47,728 nt of DNA from Escherichia coli (GCF_003334765.1 NZ_QOWT01000031.1), one strand, 5' to 3'; numbered from the stretch's first letter, positions 30,267-43,018 are shown. The notes: generated from the letters alone by a model not told the origin. Program-made: numbers and translations.

Positions 30267-31052
30267 ATGGGATATTTAAATAACGTCACCGGTTACCGCG
30301 AAGATTTACTGGCTAACCGTGCGATTGTTAAACACGGTAATTTCGCACTGTTAACCCCGGATGGTCTGGTAAAAAATATTATTCCGGGCTTTGAAAATTG
30401 TGACGCGACAATCCTCTCCACGCCAAAGCTGGGTGCCTCTTTTGTTGATTATCTGGTCACACTGCATCAAAACGGTGGCAACCAACAGGGCTTCGGTGGC
30501 GAAGGCATTGAAACGTTCCTGTATGTGATCTCTGGAAATATCACTGCCAAAGCCGAAGGCAAAACATTTGCCTTAAGCGAAGGTGGCTATCTTTATTGCC
30601 CGCCAGGCTCCTTAATGACGTTTGTTAACGCCCAGGCCGAAGACAGCCAAATCTTTTTATATAAGCGCCGCTATGTTCCGGTAGAAGGCTATGCACCGTG
30701 GCTGGTTTCTGGCAATGCCAGCGAACTGGAACGCATTCATTATGAAGGCATGGACGATGTTATTCTGCTGGATTTTCTGCCCAAAGAGTTAGGTTTTGAT
30801 ATGAACATGCATATCCTCTCTTTTGCACCAGGTGCCAGCCACGGTTATATCGAAACACACGTTCAGGAACACGGTGCCTATATTCTTTCCGGTCAGGGGG
30901 TTTATAACCTCGACAATAACTGGATCCCGGTGAAAAAAGGCGATTACATCTTTATGGGCGCTTATTCTTTACAGGCTGGTTATGGTGTAGGGCGTGGTGA
31001 AGCGTTCAGCTATATTTACTCGAAAGATTGTAACCGCGACGTAGAGATTTAA
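30267..31052 (+). CDS. allE: (S)-ureidoglycine aminohydrolase (cupin)
   Basis: 261-aa ORF, 10 bp after allC. Confidence 0.85.
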   Translation: MGYLNNVTGYREDLLANRAIVKHGNFALLTPDGLVKNIIPGFENCDATILSTPKLGASFVDYLVTLHQNGGNQQGFGGEGIETFLYVISGNITAKAEGKTFALSEGGYLYCPPGSLMTFVNAQAEDSQIFLYKRRYVPVEGYAPWLVSGNASELERIHYEGMDDVILLDFLPKELGFDMNMHILSFAPGASHGYIETHVQEHGAYILSGQGVYNLDNNWIPVKKGDYIFMGAYSLQAGYGVGRGEAFSYIYSKDCNRDVEI

Positions 31053-31094
31053 GTCATACCACTCGCCTGATTATTTTTAGCTATGTTGGATTTT

Positions 31095-31121
31095 GCCACG
31101 GTTTATACCGTGGCTTTTTTT
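31095..31121 (+). terminator. Intrinsic terminator after allE
   Basis: GCCACGG/CCGTGGC stem with 6-nt loop followed by T7. Confidence 0.7.
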
Positions 31122-31130
31122 GTAACATTG

Positions 31131-31240
31131 CCTGATGCGCTTCGCTTATCAGGCCTACATGATCTCTGCAATATATAGAATTTGCGCGATTTTCAGGAAG
31201 GATATGGTACTCATGCCGCATCCGGCATGAGTACTGCACT
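31131..31240. repeat. REP-like palindromic units
   Basis: GCCTGATGCGCTTCGCTTATCAGGCCTAC and GTACTCATGCCGCATCCGGCATGAGTAC palindromes. Confidence 0.5.
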
Positions 31241-31279
31241 CTTATGCGATATAAATCGCATCCGCTTTAAAGGTAAGGG

Positions 31280-32425
31280 TTAGTTTTTAATTCCCTGACC
31301 TATTTTAATGGCGCAGGCAATATTTCGCGCGCTGTTGAAGAGATTGGTTTCACCGCTGGCGAGCACTTCGGCTAAAGGTGCCAGACGAGGCAAAATGCTG
31401 AATACCGCGTCAATGCCGTACTGGTGCACCACTTCCACGCCATCACCCAATACGCCAGCAATCCCAATCACCGGTACATTAAACTGCTTCGCCACCGACG
31501 CCACACCCAGCGGCGCTTTACCGCCTGCCGTTTGCGAGTCGATGCGCCCTTCCCCGGTAATCACCAGTGCTGCGCCCTGCACTGCCTGCGCAAGATTGAC
31601 CGCATTCAACACAATTTCAATGCCCGGTTTAATATCCGCATTGAGAAATACCGCCGCCGCAATACCCATACCGCCCGCAGCGCCGCCGCCCGCCATCTGG
31701 CAGACATTAATTTCAGTTTGCTGTTGTAAAACACGGGCGTAATTTTGCAGCCCCTGTTCAAGTTCTTCGACCATCTCCGGCGTTGCCCCTTTTTGCGGGC
31801 CAAACACCGCCGCCGCGCCGCGTGCCCCTACCAGCGGGTTATCAACGTCACATGCTACTTCAATATGGCAATTCGCCAGACGCGGATCGCATTCATCCAT
31901 CTCAATGCTTGCCACGCGCGCTAAATTACCACCGTTTGCCGCCAGCGCCTGACCGTCGGCATCAAGGAAACGCACACCGAGCGCCTGCGCCATGCCCATA
32001 CCGCCGTCGACCGTCGCACTGCCGCCAATGCCGAGAATAATATGGCGAATGTCGTTATCCAGCGCATGACGAATTAACTCCCCCGTACCAAAACTGGAGG
32101 CCAGCAACGGATTACGCTTTTCAGGCGCGACCAGCATCAGGCCACTTGCTGCCGCCATCTCAATCACCGCCGTTTTCCCGTCGCCGGTAAGGCCATAAAA
32201 AGCATTCACTTTTTCGCCCATCGGCCCGCAGACTTCAAGCGTCACGATGTTGCCGCCCGTCGCGGCGACCATCGCATCCACCGTCCCTTCGCCGCCATCC
32301 GCTATCGGCAAACAGATATAGTTCGCATCGGGAAAGAGGGTCGAAAACCCGGCTTTAATTGCCTGACAACATTTTTCTGCACTTAAGCTCTCTTTAAAAG
32401 AGTCTGGCGCAATGACAATCTTCAT
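31280..32425 (-). CDS. glxK: Glycerate kinase
   Basis: 381-aa product ([14 protein letters not shown]...). Confidence 0.9.
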
Positions 32426-32446
32426 TATCAATCCTTTTTCAACAAA

Positions 32447-33748
32447 TTATTCGATGCGTTCCCACGGAATAAGGTTATCCATAAGAACAGCCAGTAAAAT
32501 CCCGACCAATAAGCCGTTACTGAGCAGAGGACGAAGCGTTAATGGAAGGTCTTGCAGATACACAGGCGGTAATGCCATTAAAAATATGCCGACAAATAAC
32601 GGCAATGCGAGTCGATAAATATTGCGAGCGGTAAACGTTATTTGCTGGCTAAACACCAGCGCGGAAAAGAGTAAAGGCAGATAAGAAACCAGCATGACCG
32701 CACTACTCACGGGTAAAGGGATACTGCAAAACAGTCGCGTGAGTGCAGGAACCAGCGCCACCAGCAGGCAAATAACACTGCCATAAATAAACGAACGCCG
32801 CGTGTAATCGCCAGTCTGGGTTAATAAACCAATGGATGAAACAAACGGTGAAAATGGAATTACCGCCAGCGGTACGGTTATCAGCGTCATAAATCCGGTC
32901 GCCACAAAGCTACGACGATAACGCGTATTCCCTGCGCCCTGCTGCGGATAAAAAACATCCGTGCCCCGAATCGCACCGTAGGTATTGCTGATATTTACCA
33001 GACCTGTAATCACCGCCGTCAGAATAATTCCCGGCGACAAAGCACCGCCACTGCCGAGCGGGAACCACTGCCAGTGCAACTCACCGGAGAGCGAGTGCGA
33101 AGAAGGAAAGCAAAAGTACCACAACAACCAGCCGGTTATGGTGCCGACCAGCAGGCCATAACGGGCAAAACGTTGCGGCAGGAAGATAATCATCGCCAGT
33201 ACCAGGCACATCACCGCCACCGAGAGCGCGAACGGCGGTAACTGAATTTTAAAATTCGGGTCGGCTATGCCAAACGGCAGCCCGAGCATACCTTTGAAAA
33301 AGATAGTGGTCAGCTGCGCGCCCAGCATCAACATAAACAAGACCATCACCGACGGCGTAAATAACCGTGCCAGGCGATGGCCTAATCCGCTAAAACCAAT
33401 CAACATCGTCAGCACGCCGGAGAGTGCAATCCCCACTGCCAGGCTGGTGGCGATATCGTTGATCGGTGTCCCGCGCGATGCTTCACCAAGGGTGATAGTA
33501 AGGATGGTTCCCCACCACAGGCCACCTGGCCCTTCCATAATAGCGCGACGATGACCGCAAAACGCCTGAGCGAAGCAGGCCAGTGCGGTAGCAAGAAAAG
33601 CATATTGCGTGAGCGTAAGCAGGCTACTTTGCGGCAACTGAAAAGCAGAAAGTAGCGTAGGAGGAACCACAACCGTGTTGCAAAAAATAAAGAAAAACCA
33701 CTGAAATCCTGATAACAGGCTTTCGCGGCTGACTGCAAAATTGAACAT
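32447..33748 (-). CDS. ybbY: Putative purine/nucleobase permease YbbY (NCS2 family)
   Basis: 433-aa polytopic membrane ORF. Confidence 0.85.
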   Translation of the reverse strand: MFNFAVSRESLLSGFQWFFFIFCNTVVVPPTLLSAFQLPQSSLLTLTQYAFLATALACFAQAFCGHRRAIMEGPGGLWWGTILTITLGEASRGTPINDIATSLAVGIALSGVLTMLIGFSGLGHRLARLFTPSVMVLFMLMLGAQLTTIFFKGMLGLPFGIADPNFKIQLPPFALSVAVMCLVLAMIIFLPQRFARYGLLVGTITGWLLWYFCFPSSHSLSGELHWQWFPLGSGGALSPGIILTAVITGLVNISNTYGAIRGTDVFYPQQGAGNTRYRRSFVATGFMTLITVPLAVIPFSPFVSSIGLLTQTGDYTRRSFIYGSVICLLVALVPALTRLFCSIPLPVSSAVMLVSYLPLLFSALVFSQQITFTARNIYRLALPLFVGIFLMALPPVYLQDLPLTLRPLLSNGLLVGILLAVLMDNLIPWERIE

Positions 33749-33804
33749 AAACACACCTTAACCGGAGAATGCCCGCCGCAAGGACGGGCATTGCAGGGGC
33801 CAGA

Positions 33805-35166
33805 TTACTGCTGATGTTTAAGGATAAATTGACCTTTCGGCGCAACAGGGAAGCCCTGTTCAATGTCGTAAATCACATCACCACGTAAGATGGTTTTCGT
33901 GATACGCGCGCCAATGGTACGGCCAACATACGGGCTGACTTTGTGGCGATATTCCAGATCGTCATTGGTAAGAACATAGCTGCTATTCGGCTGAATGAAG
34001 ACGAAGTCGGCATCTTTTCCTGGGGCGATACGGCCTTTTTGCTGCAGACCGAAAATATCTGCTGCGTTAGTCGCCATTAATTTGCCGAACATTGGCAGAG
34101 ACATACCGCGTTTCTGTACCGCTTCATCGAACATCACGTCCATGCAGCTTTGCAGACCGGCGATACCGCCCCATGCTTTCATGATGTTACCGGCTTTCAT
34201 TTCCGGCGGGCATGGAGAGTGGTCGGAAACCAGGCAGTCGATTTCACCGTTAAACAGTTTTTCCCACATGCCTTTCTGGTTTTCCAGATCGCGGATCGGC
34301 GGTGAACACTTCGCCAGAGTACCGATTTCTTCGAACTGATCGGTATCCAGTACAAAGTAATGCGGGCAGGATTCACAAGTAACGTCCTGACCTTCCTGAC
34401 GTGCACGAGTCACTTCCTCAACACCTTCCGGGCTGCTGACGTGGCAAACGTGCAGACGGCAACCAGCAACTTTCGCCAGATACAGTACGCGGCGAATTGC
34501 TTCCACTTCGGTAAATACCGGACGCGAAGCCACATAGTCATGAGCGGTTACGCGACCTTCACGCTTCGCTTCTTCGCCCAGTTCGTCACAAATCAGCGCG
34601 TTTTCGCAGTGCACCAGCACCGGCTGACCCAGTTCGCCCAGCTTCTGCGCACCTTTGAAGAACTGCCAGTCGTTTACATCACGGAAGTCGTTGTCGATAC
34701 CGCGATCGCCACAGGTCGCAACGAAGCATTTGAAGCCGACAACGCCCACTTCATCCAGCTCATGCAGACGGTCGATGTTGTAAGACACCAGGCCACCGAG
34801 TTGTGCCGCATCAATAGTCAGCTTGCCTTTAGCGGCATCGAACTTCAGTTCAATTGAAGCGCGGTCAACCGTTGCAGGCAGCTGGTTGAGCGGCATTTCG
34901 ATCATGGTGGTGATACCACCTTTTGCCGCTGCGCGAGTACCGGTTTCATAACCTTCCCAGTGGCTACGACCCGGTTCAGAAATATGGGTGTGCGCATCAA
35001 CCATGCCCGGCGAAACCACCAGACCAGACGCATCCATAACTTCTTTTGCATCGCCCAGATCCTGACCGATAGCAGCAATTTTTCCGCCTTTAACGGCGAT
35101 ATCTACAACGCGAGCTTCGTTTTCTAAAATAACGGTGCCGTTTTTAATGATTAAATCAAAAGACAT
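33805..35166 (-). CDS. allB: Allantoinase
   Basis: 453-aa ORF with cyclic-amidohydrolase metal-binding motifs (DAHTH near N-terminus). Confidence 0.9.
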   Translation of the reverse strand: MSFDLIIKNGTVILENEARVVDIAVKGGKIAAIGQDLGDAKEVMDASGLVVSPGMVDAHTHISEPGRSHWEGYETGTRAAAKGGITTMIEMPLNQLPATVDRASIELKFDAAKGKLTIDAAQLGGLVSYNIDRLHELDEVGVVGFKCFVATCGDRGIDNDFRDVNDWQFFKGAQKLGELGQPVLVHCENALICDELGEEAKREGRVTAHDYVASRPVFTEVEAIRRVLYLAKVAGCRLHVCHVSSPEGVEEVTRARQEGQDVTCESCPHYFVLDTDQFEEIGTLAKCSPPIRDLENQKGMWEKLFNGEIDCLVSDHSPCPPEMKAGNIMKAWGGIAGLQSCMDVMFDEAVQKRGMSLPMFGKLMATNAADIFGLQQKGRIAPGKDADFVFIQPNSSYVLTNDDLEYRHKVSPYVGRTIGARITKTILRGDVIYDIEQGFPVAPKGQFILKHQQ

Positions 35167-35225
35167 AACAAACTCCTTGTAAAATACAGATTGGTTTTTA
35201 ACTCAATGTTCAATATCGGGATTAA

Positions 35226-36680
35226 TTAACCTATGGTTTTTTGCTCTCCTGTTTTTTCTGCTGTTGTACGTTTCTTTAATAAGGCGTAGGCCGCAAAGGC
35301 GACGATGACGCCGACAAACCATGAAACACGCGATAACGGTTCCATAAAGTGAATAAACTTACCGCCAAGAGATAAAATAACGGCCACCAGAGTTACTGAA
35401 AACGCAGTGAGGTTAAAACCGTTATCGTAATATTTATAATCGCCAGGTGCGGTATACAGTTCATCAAGATTAATTTGTCCGCGCATCACCACAAAATAAT
35501 GCGCCATCATGACACCAATTACCGGACCAAGCATTCCGCCGATAATATCGAGGAAAAGATAAATGCTGTCCTGATTTTCCATTAATTTCCACGGGCAGAT
35601 CAGCAAGCTGATAATACTGGCAATCAGTACGCCGTTTTTATAGGTCAGTTTTGTCGGTGCAATGGCGGCAATCTGATAACCGGCTGGAATAATATTACCG
35701 GTCGCGTTAGTGGAGATAGTTGTCATCAGAATAACCAGTACCGCAAAGAACGAGGCGAACAGGCTGTCCCAACGCTGAACAATATCCAGCACGTTCCAGG
35801 TATCAGCGCCGTAGTGAATACTGGCTCCGGCAATAATACATACCCCGGCGACCGCAAACAGAATATAGGCCACAACTAAACCCAGCGTTTGCCCCAGCGC
35901 CTGCTCACGAAACGAGTGGGCGTTTTGCGTAAAGTCGGATGCGCTCACCGCCGGTGCCGCCCAGACCGCAACTACCGCGTTAATCACCACCAGGAACAGG
36001 AAGCCACCGTTTTCTGCTTTCTGAATACCGCTCGGAATGTAGTCAAAGATTGGACCGATCCCGACCAGTGAAATCGCCCAAATCGCCATACCGCCGAAAA
36101 CGATATAGATGCACGGGTTAAGAATGGCAGTGAATTTATTTAAAACTTTGCCACCGCCAAAACCTATACCAACGTTGACCAGCCAGAAGATTAAGAAAGT
36201 AATTAAGCCCGGTAGAGAAAGGCCTAACAGAGTGAAATCACCACCGAGAGTTAAAAATCCCGGCCAGATTTTGCCAATCAGAATCAAGCAGGCCAGTGAC
36301 CCCGCGTAACATTGCAAACCAAACCACATGATGGCGGCAATTCCGCCCCTTAATAATCCGGGAAACAGTGCACCACGTACACCGTAAGAAGCACGCAGGA
36401 TCATGGCAAAAGGCACACCGTATTTACTGCCCGCAGCACCGTTTAATACCATTACCGCGGCAATGAAAAAGGCGCTGAGGATAATTGCCAGCATAATACT
36501 AAAGGTAGACAAGCCGAGAATAAAAAAGCCGCCGACCATCACATAATTGGGAACGTTATGAACCGAACCCATCCATAAGGTAAAATAGTTAAATGTTTTC
36601 CAGGTCCGCTGGCTTTGCGTTTTCGGCAATAGATCTTCGCTATAGCCGCGTTGCTGGAATAGTTTTCTCTGATGTTCCAT
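35226..36680 (-). CDS. ybbW: Allantoin permease (NCS1 family)
   Basis: 484-aa polytopic membrane ORF. Confidence 0.9.
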   Translation of the reverse strand: MEHQRKLFQQRGYSEDLLPKTQSQRTWKTFNYFTLWMGSVHNVPNYVMVGGFFILGLSTFSIMLAIILSAFFIAAVMVLNGAAGSKYGVPFAMILRASYGVRGALFPGLLRGGIAAIMWFGLQCYAGSLACLILIGKIWPGFLTLGGDFTLLGLSLPGLITFLIFWLVNVGIGFGGGKVLNKFTAILNPCIYIVFGGMAIWAISLVGIGPIFDYIPSGIQKAENGGFLFLVVINAVVAVWAAPAVSASDFTQNAHSFREQALGQTLGLVVAYILFAVAGVCIIAGASIHYGADTWNVLDIVQRWDSLFASFFAVLVILMTTISTNATGNIIPAGYQIAAIAPTKLTYKNGVLIASIISLLICPWKLMENQDSIYLFLDIIGGMLGPVIGVMMAHYFVVMRGQINLDELYTAPGDYKYYDNGFNLTAFSVTLVAVILSLGGKFIHFMEPLSRVSWFVGVIVAFAAYALLKKRTTAEKTGEQKTIG

Positions 36681-36848
36681 AAATCCCTCTTAATTTCACG
36701 TATCGAATAACGTTGTTTTAATCTAGCTATGAGGAACAAATAAAATAAAAATATTATTTTTAATACTGAAGCAACATCTTTGGCTGCTTTCTTTTTTAAT
36801 ATTGCTGGCCGATTCATTTTCTGATATCGGCCATTTTTATTGCGGGTA

Positions 36849-37727
36849 TCAGGCCAGTTTATGGTTAGCCATTAATTCCAGCGCCTGCACTAACGCAGAG
36901 TGATCCAACTGGCTGCCACCGTTTGCCGCACAGGTATTAAATAACTCCTGGCAGGTCGCAGTGTTTGGCAGGTTCAGCGCAAGTGCTTTCGCACTTTGCA
37001 GTGCCAGGTTGAGATCTTTCTGGTGCAGAGCGATTTTGAAGCCCGGATTAAAGGTGCGTTTAATCATACGCTCGCCATGAACTTCCAGAATACGTGAGGA
37101 AGCAAAGCCGCCCATCAGCGCCTGGCGCACACGTACCGGGTCCGCACCGGCTTTTGAAGCAAATAGCAGGGCTTCAGAAACCGCTTCAATATTGAGCGCC
37201 ACGATAATCTGATTTGCCACTTTGCAGGTTTGACCATCGCCGTTACCGCCCACGAGGGTGATATTTTTACCGAGCAGTTCAAACAGCGGTTTAACACGTT
37301 CAAATACCGCTTCATCACCGCCAACCATAATCGACAACGTCCCTTCACGCGCACCGATTTCACCGCCGGAGACTGGCGCATCGAGATAATCGCCGCCCAG
37401 TTCATTCACCTGACGAGCGAAACGCTTAGTTTCAATCGGGGAAATGGAGCTCATATCAACAATGGTTTTGCCCTTCAGCGAGGCTTTGGTACAACCATTT
37501 TCACCGAACAGAACTTCTTCAACCTGAGGTGTGTCCGGCACCATAATAAAAATGATGTCCGATGCTTCCGTTACCTGGCGAGCAGTTTCAACACTGACGG
37601 CACCCAGTGACAGTAATTCATCAGCAACCGGTCCAATGGTCGTGACATGTAATTGATGACCGGCACGCGCCAGATTAATGGCCATCGGTGTACCCATAAT
37701 GCCTAAGCCAATAAATCCCAGTTTCAT
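36849..37727 (-). CDS. glxR: Tartronate semialdehyde reductase
   Basis: 292-aa ORF with N-terminal NAD-binding motif (GFIGLGIMG). Confidence 0.9.
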   Translation of the reverse strand: MKLGFIGLGIMGTPMAINLARAGHQLHVTTIGPVADELLSLGAVSVETARQVTEASDIIFIMVPDTPQVEEVLFGENGCTKASLKGKTIVDMSSISPIETKRFARQVNELGGDYLDAPVSGGEIGAREGTLSIMVGGDEAVFERVKPLFELLGKNITLVGGNGDGQTCKVANQIIVALNIEAVSEALLFASKAGADPVRVRQALMGGFASSRILEVHGERMIKRTFNPGFKIALHQKDLNLALQSAKALALNLPNTATCQELFNTCAANGGSQLDHSALVQALELMANHKLA

Positions 37728-37826
37728 AATTAACCTCTTTTAAATTTCGCTTTTCCTGAATTCAGACAACACGATCCCCTGCCAACTTAGCGGCCTAAAA
37801 AAGCATTGTCTGAATAGCGTTACGTT

Positions 37827-38603
37827 TTAACGGTACGGATCCATCCAGCGTAAACCGGCTTCCGTGGTGGTTTGGGGTTTATATTCACACCCAACCCAAC
37901 CGTTGTAGTCAGAATTTTCGATTACCTTAAAGAGATAATCATAATTAATTTCTCCGGTTCCCGGTTCGCCGCGATGCGGATTATCGGCAATTTGCAGGTG
38001 ACCAATTTTATCAGCCCACTGAGTCATGGTGTTGGTTAATTCACCTTCCATCCGCTGCATATGATAAATGTCATACTGAATTTTCAAATTGCAGCAACCA
38101 ACATCATCAATCAATTTCAGCGCCTGCCGAGTTCCGGTGAGATGGAAACCAGGAATATCAAAATGGTTAATAGGTTCAATCAGTAATAAAATATCTTCTT
38201 TCATCAGCATATTCGCGGCATAACGCAGGTTTTCTACAAGCGTTGCGTGAATCTGTTCACTGCTGAAACCAGCCGGCGTTTTACCGACCAGACAGTTAAT
38301 TTTTTTATTACCCAGCGCACGGGCATAACGAATCGCTGCTGCTACGCCATCCCGAAACTCTTCTTCACGGCCAGGAATACAGGCAATACCGCGCTCCCCC
38401 GCCGCCCAGTCACCCGCCGGTAAATTGTGCAGCGTATGTTCGAGTTTATTACTCGCCAGCACATGTTTTAATTCTTCAATGTCGTAGTCATAAGGAAACA
38501 TAAATTCAACGCCGCGAAAACCACACTGCGCAGCTTTCTCAAAACGGGCGAGAAAATCATATTCTCCAAATAACATCGATAAATTAGCAGAGAAACGTAA
38601 CAT
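37827..38603 (-). CDS. hyi: Hydroxypyruvate isomerase
   Basis: 258-aa ORF. Confidence 0.9.
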   Translation of the reverse strand: MLRFSANLSMLFGEYDFLARFEKAAQCGFRGVEFMFPYDYDIEELKHVLASNKLEHTLHNLPAGDWAAGERGIACIPGREEEFRDGVAAAIRYARALGNKKINCLVGKTPAGFSSEQIHATLVENLRYAANMLMKEDILLLIEPINHFDIPGFHLTGTRQALKLIDDVGCCNLKIQYDIYHMQRMEGELTNTMTQWADKIGHLQIADNPHRGEPGTGEINYDYLFKVIENSDYNGWVGCEYKPQTTTEAGLRWMDPYR

Positions 38604-38615
38604 TATTTATCTCCC

Positions 38616-40397
38616 TTATTCATAGTGCATGAAGCAGGTTTCAGTCGGTGCGTCCGCTGCGTTATCGGCGATATCTTCAAATTCCATGACGTTATCCAGT
38701 TCGCTGCCCATCGAAATATTGGTCACACGCTCGAGAATAACTTCCACGACTACCGGTACCCGATATTGCGCCATTAAGGCTTTCGCCTGTTCAAAGGCTG
38801 GCGCAATATCTTCCGGTTTGAAGACCCGAATAGCTTTACAACCTAAACCTTCCGCTACTTTTACGTGGTCAACACCGTAGCCATTCACTTCACTGGAGTT
38901 GATATTCTCGAAAGCGAGTTGCACGCAGTAGTCCATGTCAAAAGCGCGTTGTGACTGACGAATCAGCCCCAGATAAGCGTTGTTGACCAGCACATGGATG
39001 TACGGAATGTTGAACTGCGCGCCAACAGCTAACTCTTCAATCAGGAACTGGAAGTCAAAGTCGCCAGAAATCGCCACCACATTGCGTTTCGGATCAGCGG
39101 CACAAACCCCTAGCGCAGCCGGAATCGTCCAGCCTAACGGACCAGCCTGACCACAGTTGATCCAGTGGCGGTCTTTAAAGACATGCAGCATTTGTGCCGC
39201 AGCGATTTGTGACAGACCAATGGTGGTGACATAACAAACATCGCGACCAAAGGCTTTGTTCATCTCTTCATACACGCGCTGCGGTTTCACCGGCACGTTG
39301 TCGAAGTGGGTTTTGCGCAGCAAAGTGCGTTTACGCTGCTGGCAGTCGGCGACCCATTCTTTACGACACGGCAGACGACCCGCTTTTTGCATCTCCTGCG
39401 CCACTTCAACCAGCAGTGTCAGCGCCGCTTTAGCATCAGAGACAATACCGAGATCCGGACACAGCACGCGACCAATTTGCGTCGGCTCAATATCAATATG
39501 AACGATTTTGCGCCCTTCGGTGTATTTCTCTACCGAGCCGGTATGACGGTTAGCAAAACGGTTACCGATACCAAACACCATGTCAGACGCCAGCAGCGTT
39601 GCGTTACCGTAACGATGCGCGGTTTGCAGACCCACCATCCCGGCCATCAGTTCATGATCGTCCGGGATACAGCCCCAGCCCATTAGCGTTGGGATCACCG
39701 GAACGCTGGTCAGTTCAGCAAACTGTTGTAACAGTGCAGCTGCGTCAGCATTAATTACCCCGCCCCCGGCAACAATCACCGGACGTTCGGCCTGGATTAA
39801 CATTTCTACAGCTTTTTCGATCTGCATACGGCTGGCAGCAGGTTTGTAGACCGGCAGCGGTTCGTACATGTCAGGATCAAACTCGATTTCCGCAACCTGA
39901 ACGTCGAACGGTAAATCCACCAGTACCGGACCCGGACGACCAGAACGCATCAGGTGAAATGCCTGTTGCAGCACGCGAGGCACCAGCGCCGCTTCACGAA
40001 CTGTAACCGCCATTTTGCTGACCGGTTTAGCAATTGCTTCAATATCTACGGCCTGAAAATCTTCTTTATGCAGACGGGCGCGCGGTGCCTGGCCGGTAAT
40101 GCACAGAATAGGAATGGAATCAGCAGAAGCGGAATAGAGCGCGGTGATCATGTCCGTGCCCGCAGGACCGGAAGTCCCCAGACATACGCCGATATTCCCT
40201 GCCGTTGCGCGGGTATAACCTTCCGCCATGTGCGAAGCACCTTCCACATGACGCGCCAGAATGTGACGAATACCGCCGTGCTTACGCATCGCTGAGTAGA
40301 ACGGATTGATTGCAGCTCCCGGAACACCGAAGGCGGTAGTGATACCTTCTTTCTCCAGCACATACATTGCCGCGTCAACGGCTCTCATTTTTGCCAT
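38616..40397 (-). CDS. gcl: Glyoxylate carboligase (thiamine-diphosphate enzyme)
   Basis: 593-aa product from internal ATG ([18 protein letters not shown]...). Confidence 0.95.
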
Positions 40398-40486
40398 TTT
40401 ATTCCTACCTCTATTTATTGGAAAATTTTTCCAACTTTCAAATTTTGTCAAAAAAACCCGCTCCGCAGAGCGGGATGCGACAGACA

Positions 40487-41302
40487 TTATGGATGTGCTT
40501 TCAGTCCCAACGCCGTGCTGATATCGCGGGCGGTGTCTCTGACCAGCTCACCCTGACTGACAAAACGATCTTCTGTCAGTCTTGATGAAGGCCCGGAGAT
40601 GGAGATAGCGGCAACAACACTACCGACATCATCGTAAATTGCTGAAGCTATGCAATTCAGACCTACAACATGCTCTTCTTTATCTACGGTATAGCCCAGT
40701 TCACGCGCTTGTTCCAGGTCCTTCAGCAAGGTGGGCATATCCACAAGCGTAGTTGGCGTAAACTGCTGCAAACCGGTTTGCAGAATGATGCTCATCAACT
40801 CCTCTTCCGCCAGCGGATAAAGCAGCGCTTTGCCCGCACCGGAAGCATGCAGTGGCAGACGACTGCCCAGTGGCGCACACATCCTGACCATCGATTTACA
40901 CTCTAACTGACCAATTAATACCGCTTCATTGCCGTTACGGATCGCGACATTGACCGTTTCGCCGGAAAGTAACATCAGGCGGCGCATAAACGGCCCGGCG
41001 ACGGAGAGGACATCGCGGTTATGGATGTACGCCGCACCGACGTTAAAGACACCTAATCCTATATGCCACCAGCCTAATTGACTGTCCTGATAGACAAAAT
41101 CCGCTGCCTGTAAAACCTTCAGCAAGCGAAAGGTCGTGGAGAGCGGCAAATCCAGATTGAGAGAAATATCGCTAACCGACGAACTTCCCCCACTTTTTTC
41201 CAAATATTGCAGAATCGCAATTCCCCGCTCTAACGCCTGTGCGCCCTTCTGTGCCACAGGCTCCGCCTGTCCTGGCCTGCCGCGCCGTCTAACTTCCGTC
41301 AT
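40487..41302 (-). CDS. allR: AllR, IclR-family repressor of the allantoin regulon
   Basis: 271-aa ORF with IclR-type HTH and effector domain. Confidence 0.9.
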
Positions 41303-41379
41303 ACCTACGTTAACTCCGACCTACAAGTGAGCATAAACAATGAACAATTAGTTTATCTTATGCAAGTCGGTTGCAGGCG

Positions 41380-41862
41380 TCACGCAAAACAGAGTTCCTG
41401 TTCAGGAATACTTTCAACATCACAGTTGTCACTGCCGCCGCGATCGATGGTCAGAAAATCGGTGACGCGCTGCCAGGCGAAAAGTGGGTGATGCCAGACG
41501 TTACGATGGTAATTCACTCCCTGTTCGCCGTTGGTGATAAACGCCCGCAGCGTTGACAGGTCTGGTTTGTCGTCACCTAACGCCACGACCACCACAAACA
41601 CCTCACCTTTCATCGGGATAAAGGCCTGAGTACCCAGCGGATGACGTTCGAGTTCGTGAATGGTCAGCGGCAGATTCGCCGGTTGCGCGCGGTTAATGCT
41701 GATAAGCGTACGGTCTTGCTCAAGAATCTCAACCAGCGCCAAATCGTGGTAACGCTCCACCAGGCCATTGTTAATATGGAAAAAATCCCGTTGCTGCGTT
41801 TCGATTACGTCGCCATAAGCACTAAAGGCTTCCTGACTTAACGGTAATACCTGAAGTTTCAT
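41380..41862 (-). CDS. allA: Ureidoglycolate lyase
   Basis: 160-aa ORF. Confidence 0.9.
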
Positions 41863-42091
41863 CTTTTTGTCCTTGTAACATAATTCCGTTCAACCACCGC
41901 CGACCGGTCAGCTTGGTTTCAATAACAGGCAATCTAAAACCTTAAGAGAACAACATCAATACAAAAGTTGGAATATTTTTCCAAAACTAGATTTAGTCCA
42001 CAAATTGAACAGGGTTATCATGTAAAAATACTGATAAATCAGAGGATAAGAAAATCACGCAACTTGCGGATTTAAAAGGGGATACCTGAAG
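41863..42091. promoter_or_regulatory. allA-allS divergent promoter region (expected AllR operator location)
   Basis: 229-bp AT-rich intergenic region between divergent genes; specific operator not resolved by eye. Confidence 0.4.
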
Positions 42092-43018
42092 ATGTTCGAT
42101 CCAGAAACCTTGCGGACTTTCATTGCGGTTGCTGAAACAGGAAGTTTTTCAAAAGCGGCAGAACGATTATGTAAAACCACGGCGACGATCAGTTATCGCA
42201 TTAAACTTCTGGAAGAGAATACCGGAGTAGCGCTGTTTTTCCGTACGACTCGCAGCGTGACGTTGACAGCGGCTGGCGAGCATCTACTTTCCCAGGCCAG
42301 AGACTGGCTGAGCTGGCTGGAAAGTATGCCAAGCGAGCTGCAACAGGTGAATGATGGCGTGGAACGCCAGGTGAATATTGTCATCAACAACCTGCTCTAC
42401 AACCCCCAGGCCGTCGCCCAGTTGCTGGCGTGGCTGAATGAGCGTTACCCCTTTACCCAGTTTCACATCTCCCGACAAATCTATATGGGCGTCTGGGACT
42501 CGCTATTGTACGAAGGTTTTTCGCTGGCTATCGGCGTCACGGGAACTGAGGCGCTGGCAAATACCTTTAGTCTTGATCCCTTAGGATCGGTGCAATGGCG
42601 CTTTGTCATGGCGGCGGATCATCCGCTGGCGAACGTTGAAGAGCCGCTAACAGAAGCGCAGTTGCGGCGCTTTCCGGCGGTCAATATTGAAGACAGCGCC
42701 CGCACCTTAACCAAACGCGTCGCCTGGCGATTGCCAGGGCAAAAAGAGATTATTGTTCCCGATATGGAAACGAAAATCGCCGCCCATCTGGCGGGCGTTG
42801 GCATTGGTTTTTTGCCAAAATCGCTTTGCCAGTCAATGATCGATAATCAACAACTGGTCAGCCGGGTAATCCCAACGATGCGCCCTCCTTCGCCATTGAG
42901 TCTGGCATGGCGCAAATTTGGCAGCGGCAAAGCGGTAGAAGATATTGTGACCTTGTTTACCCAGCGCAGGCCGGAAATCAGCGGATTTTTAGAAATTTTC
43001 GGCAACCCACGCAGTTAA
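42092..43018 (+). CDS. allS: AllS, LysR-family activator
   Basis: 308-aa ORF with N-terminal LysR HTH. Confidence 0.9.
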
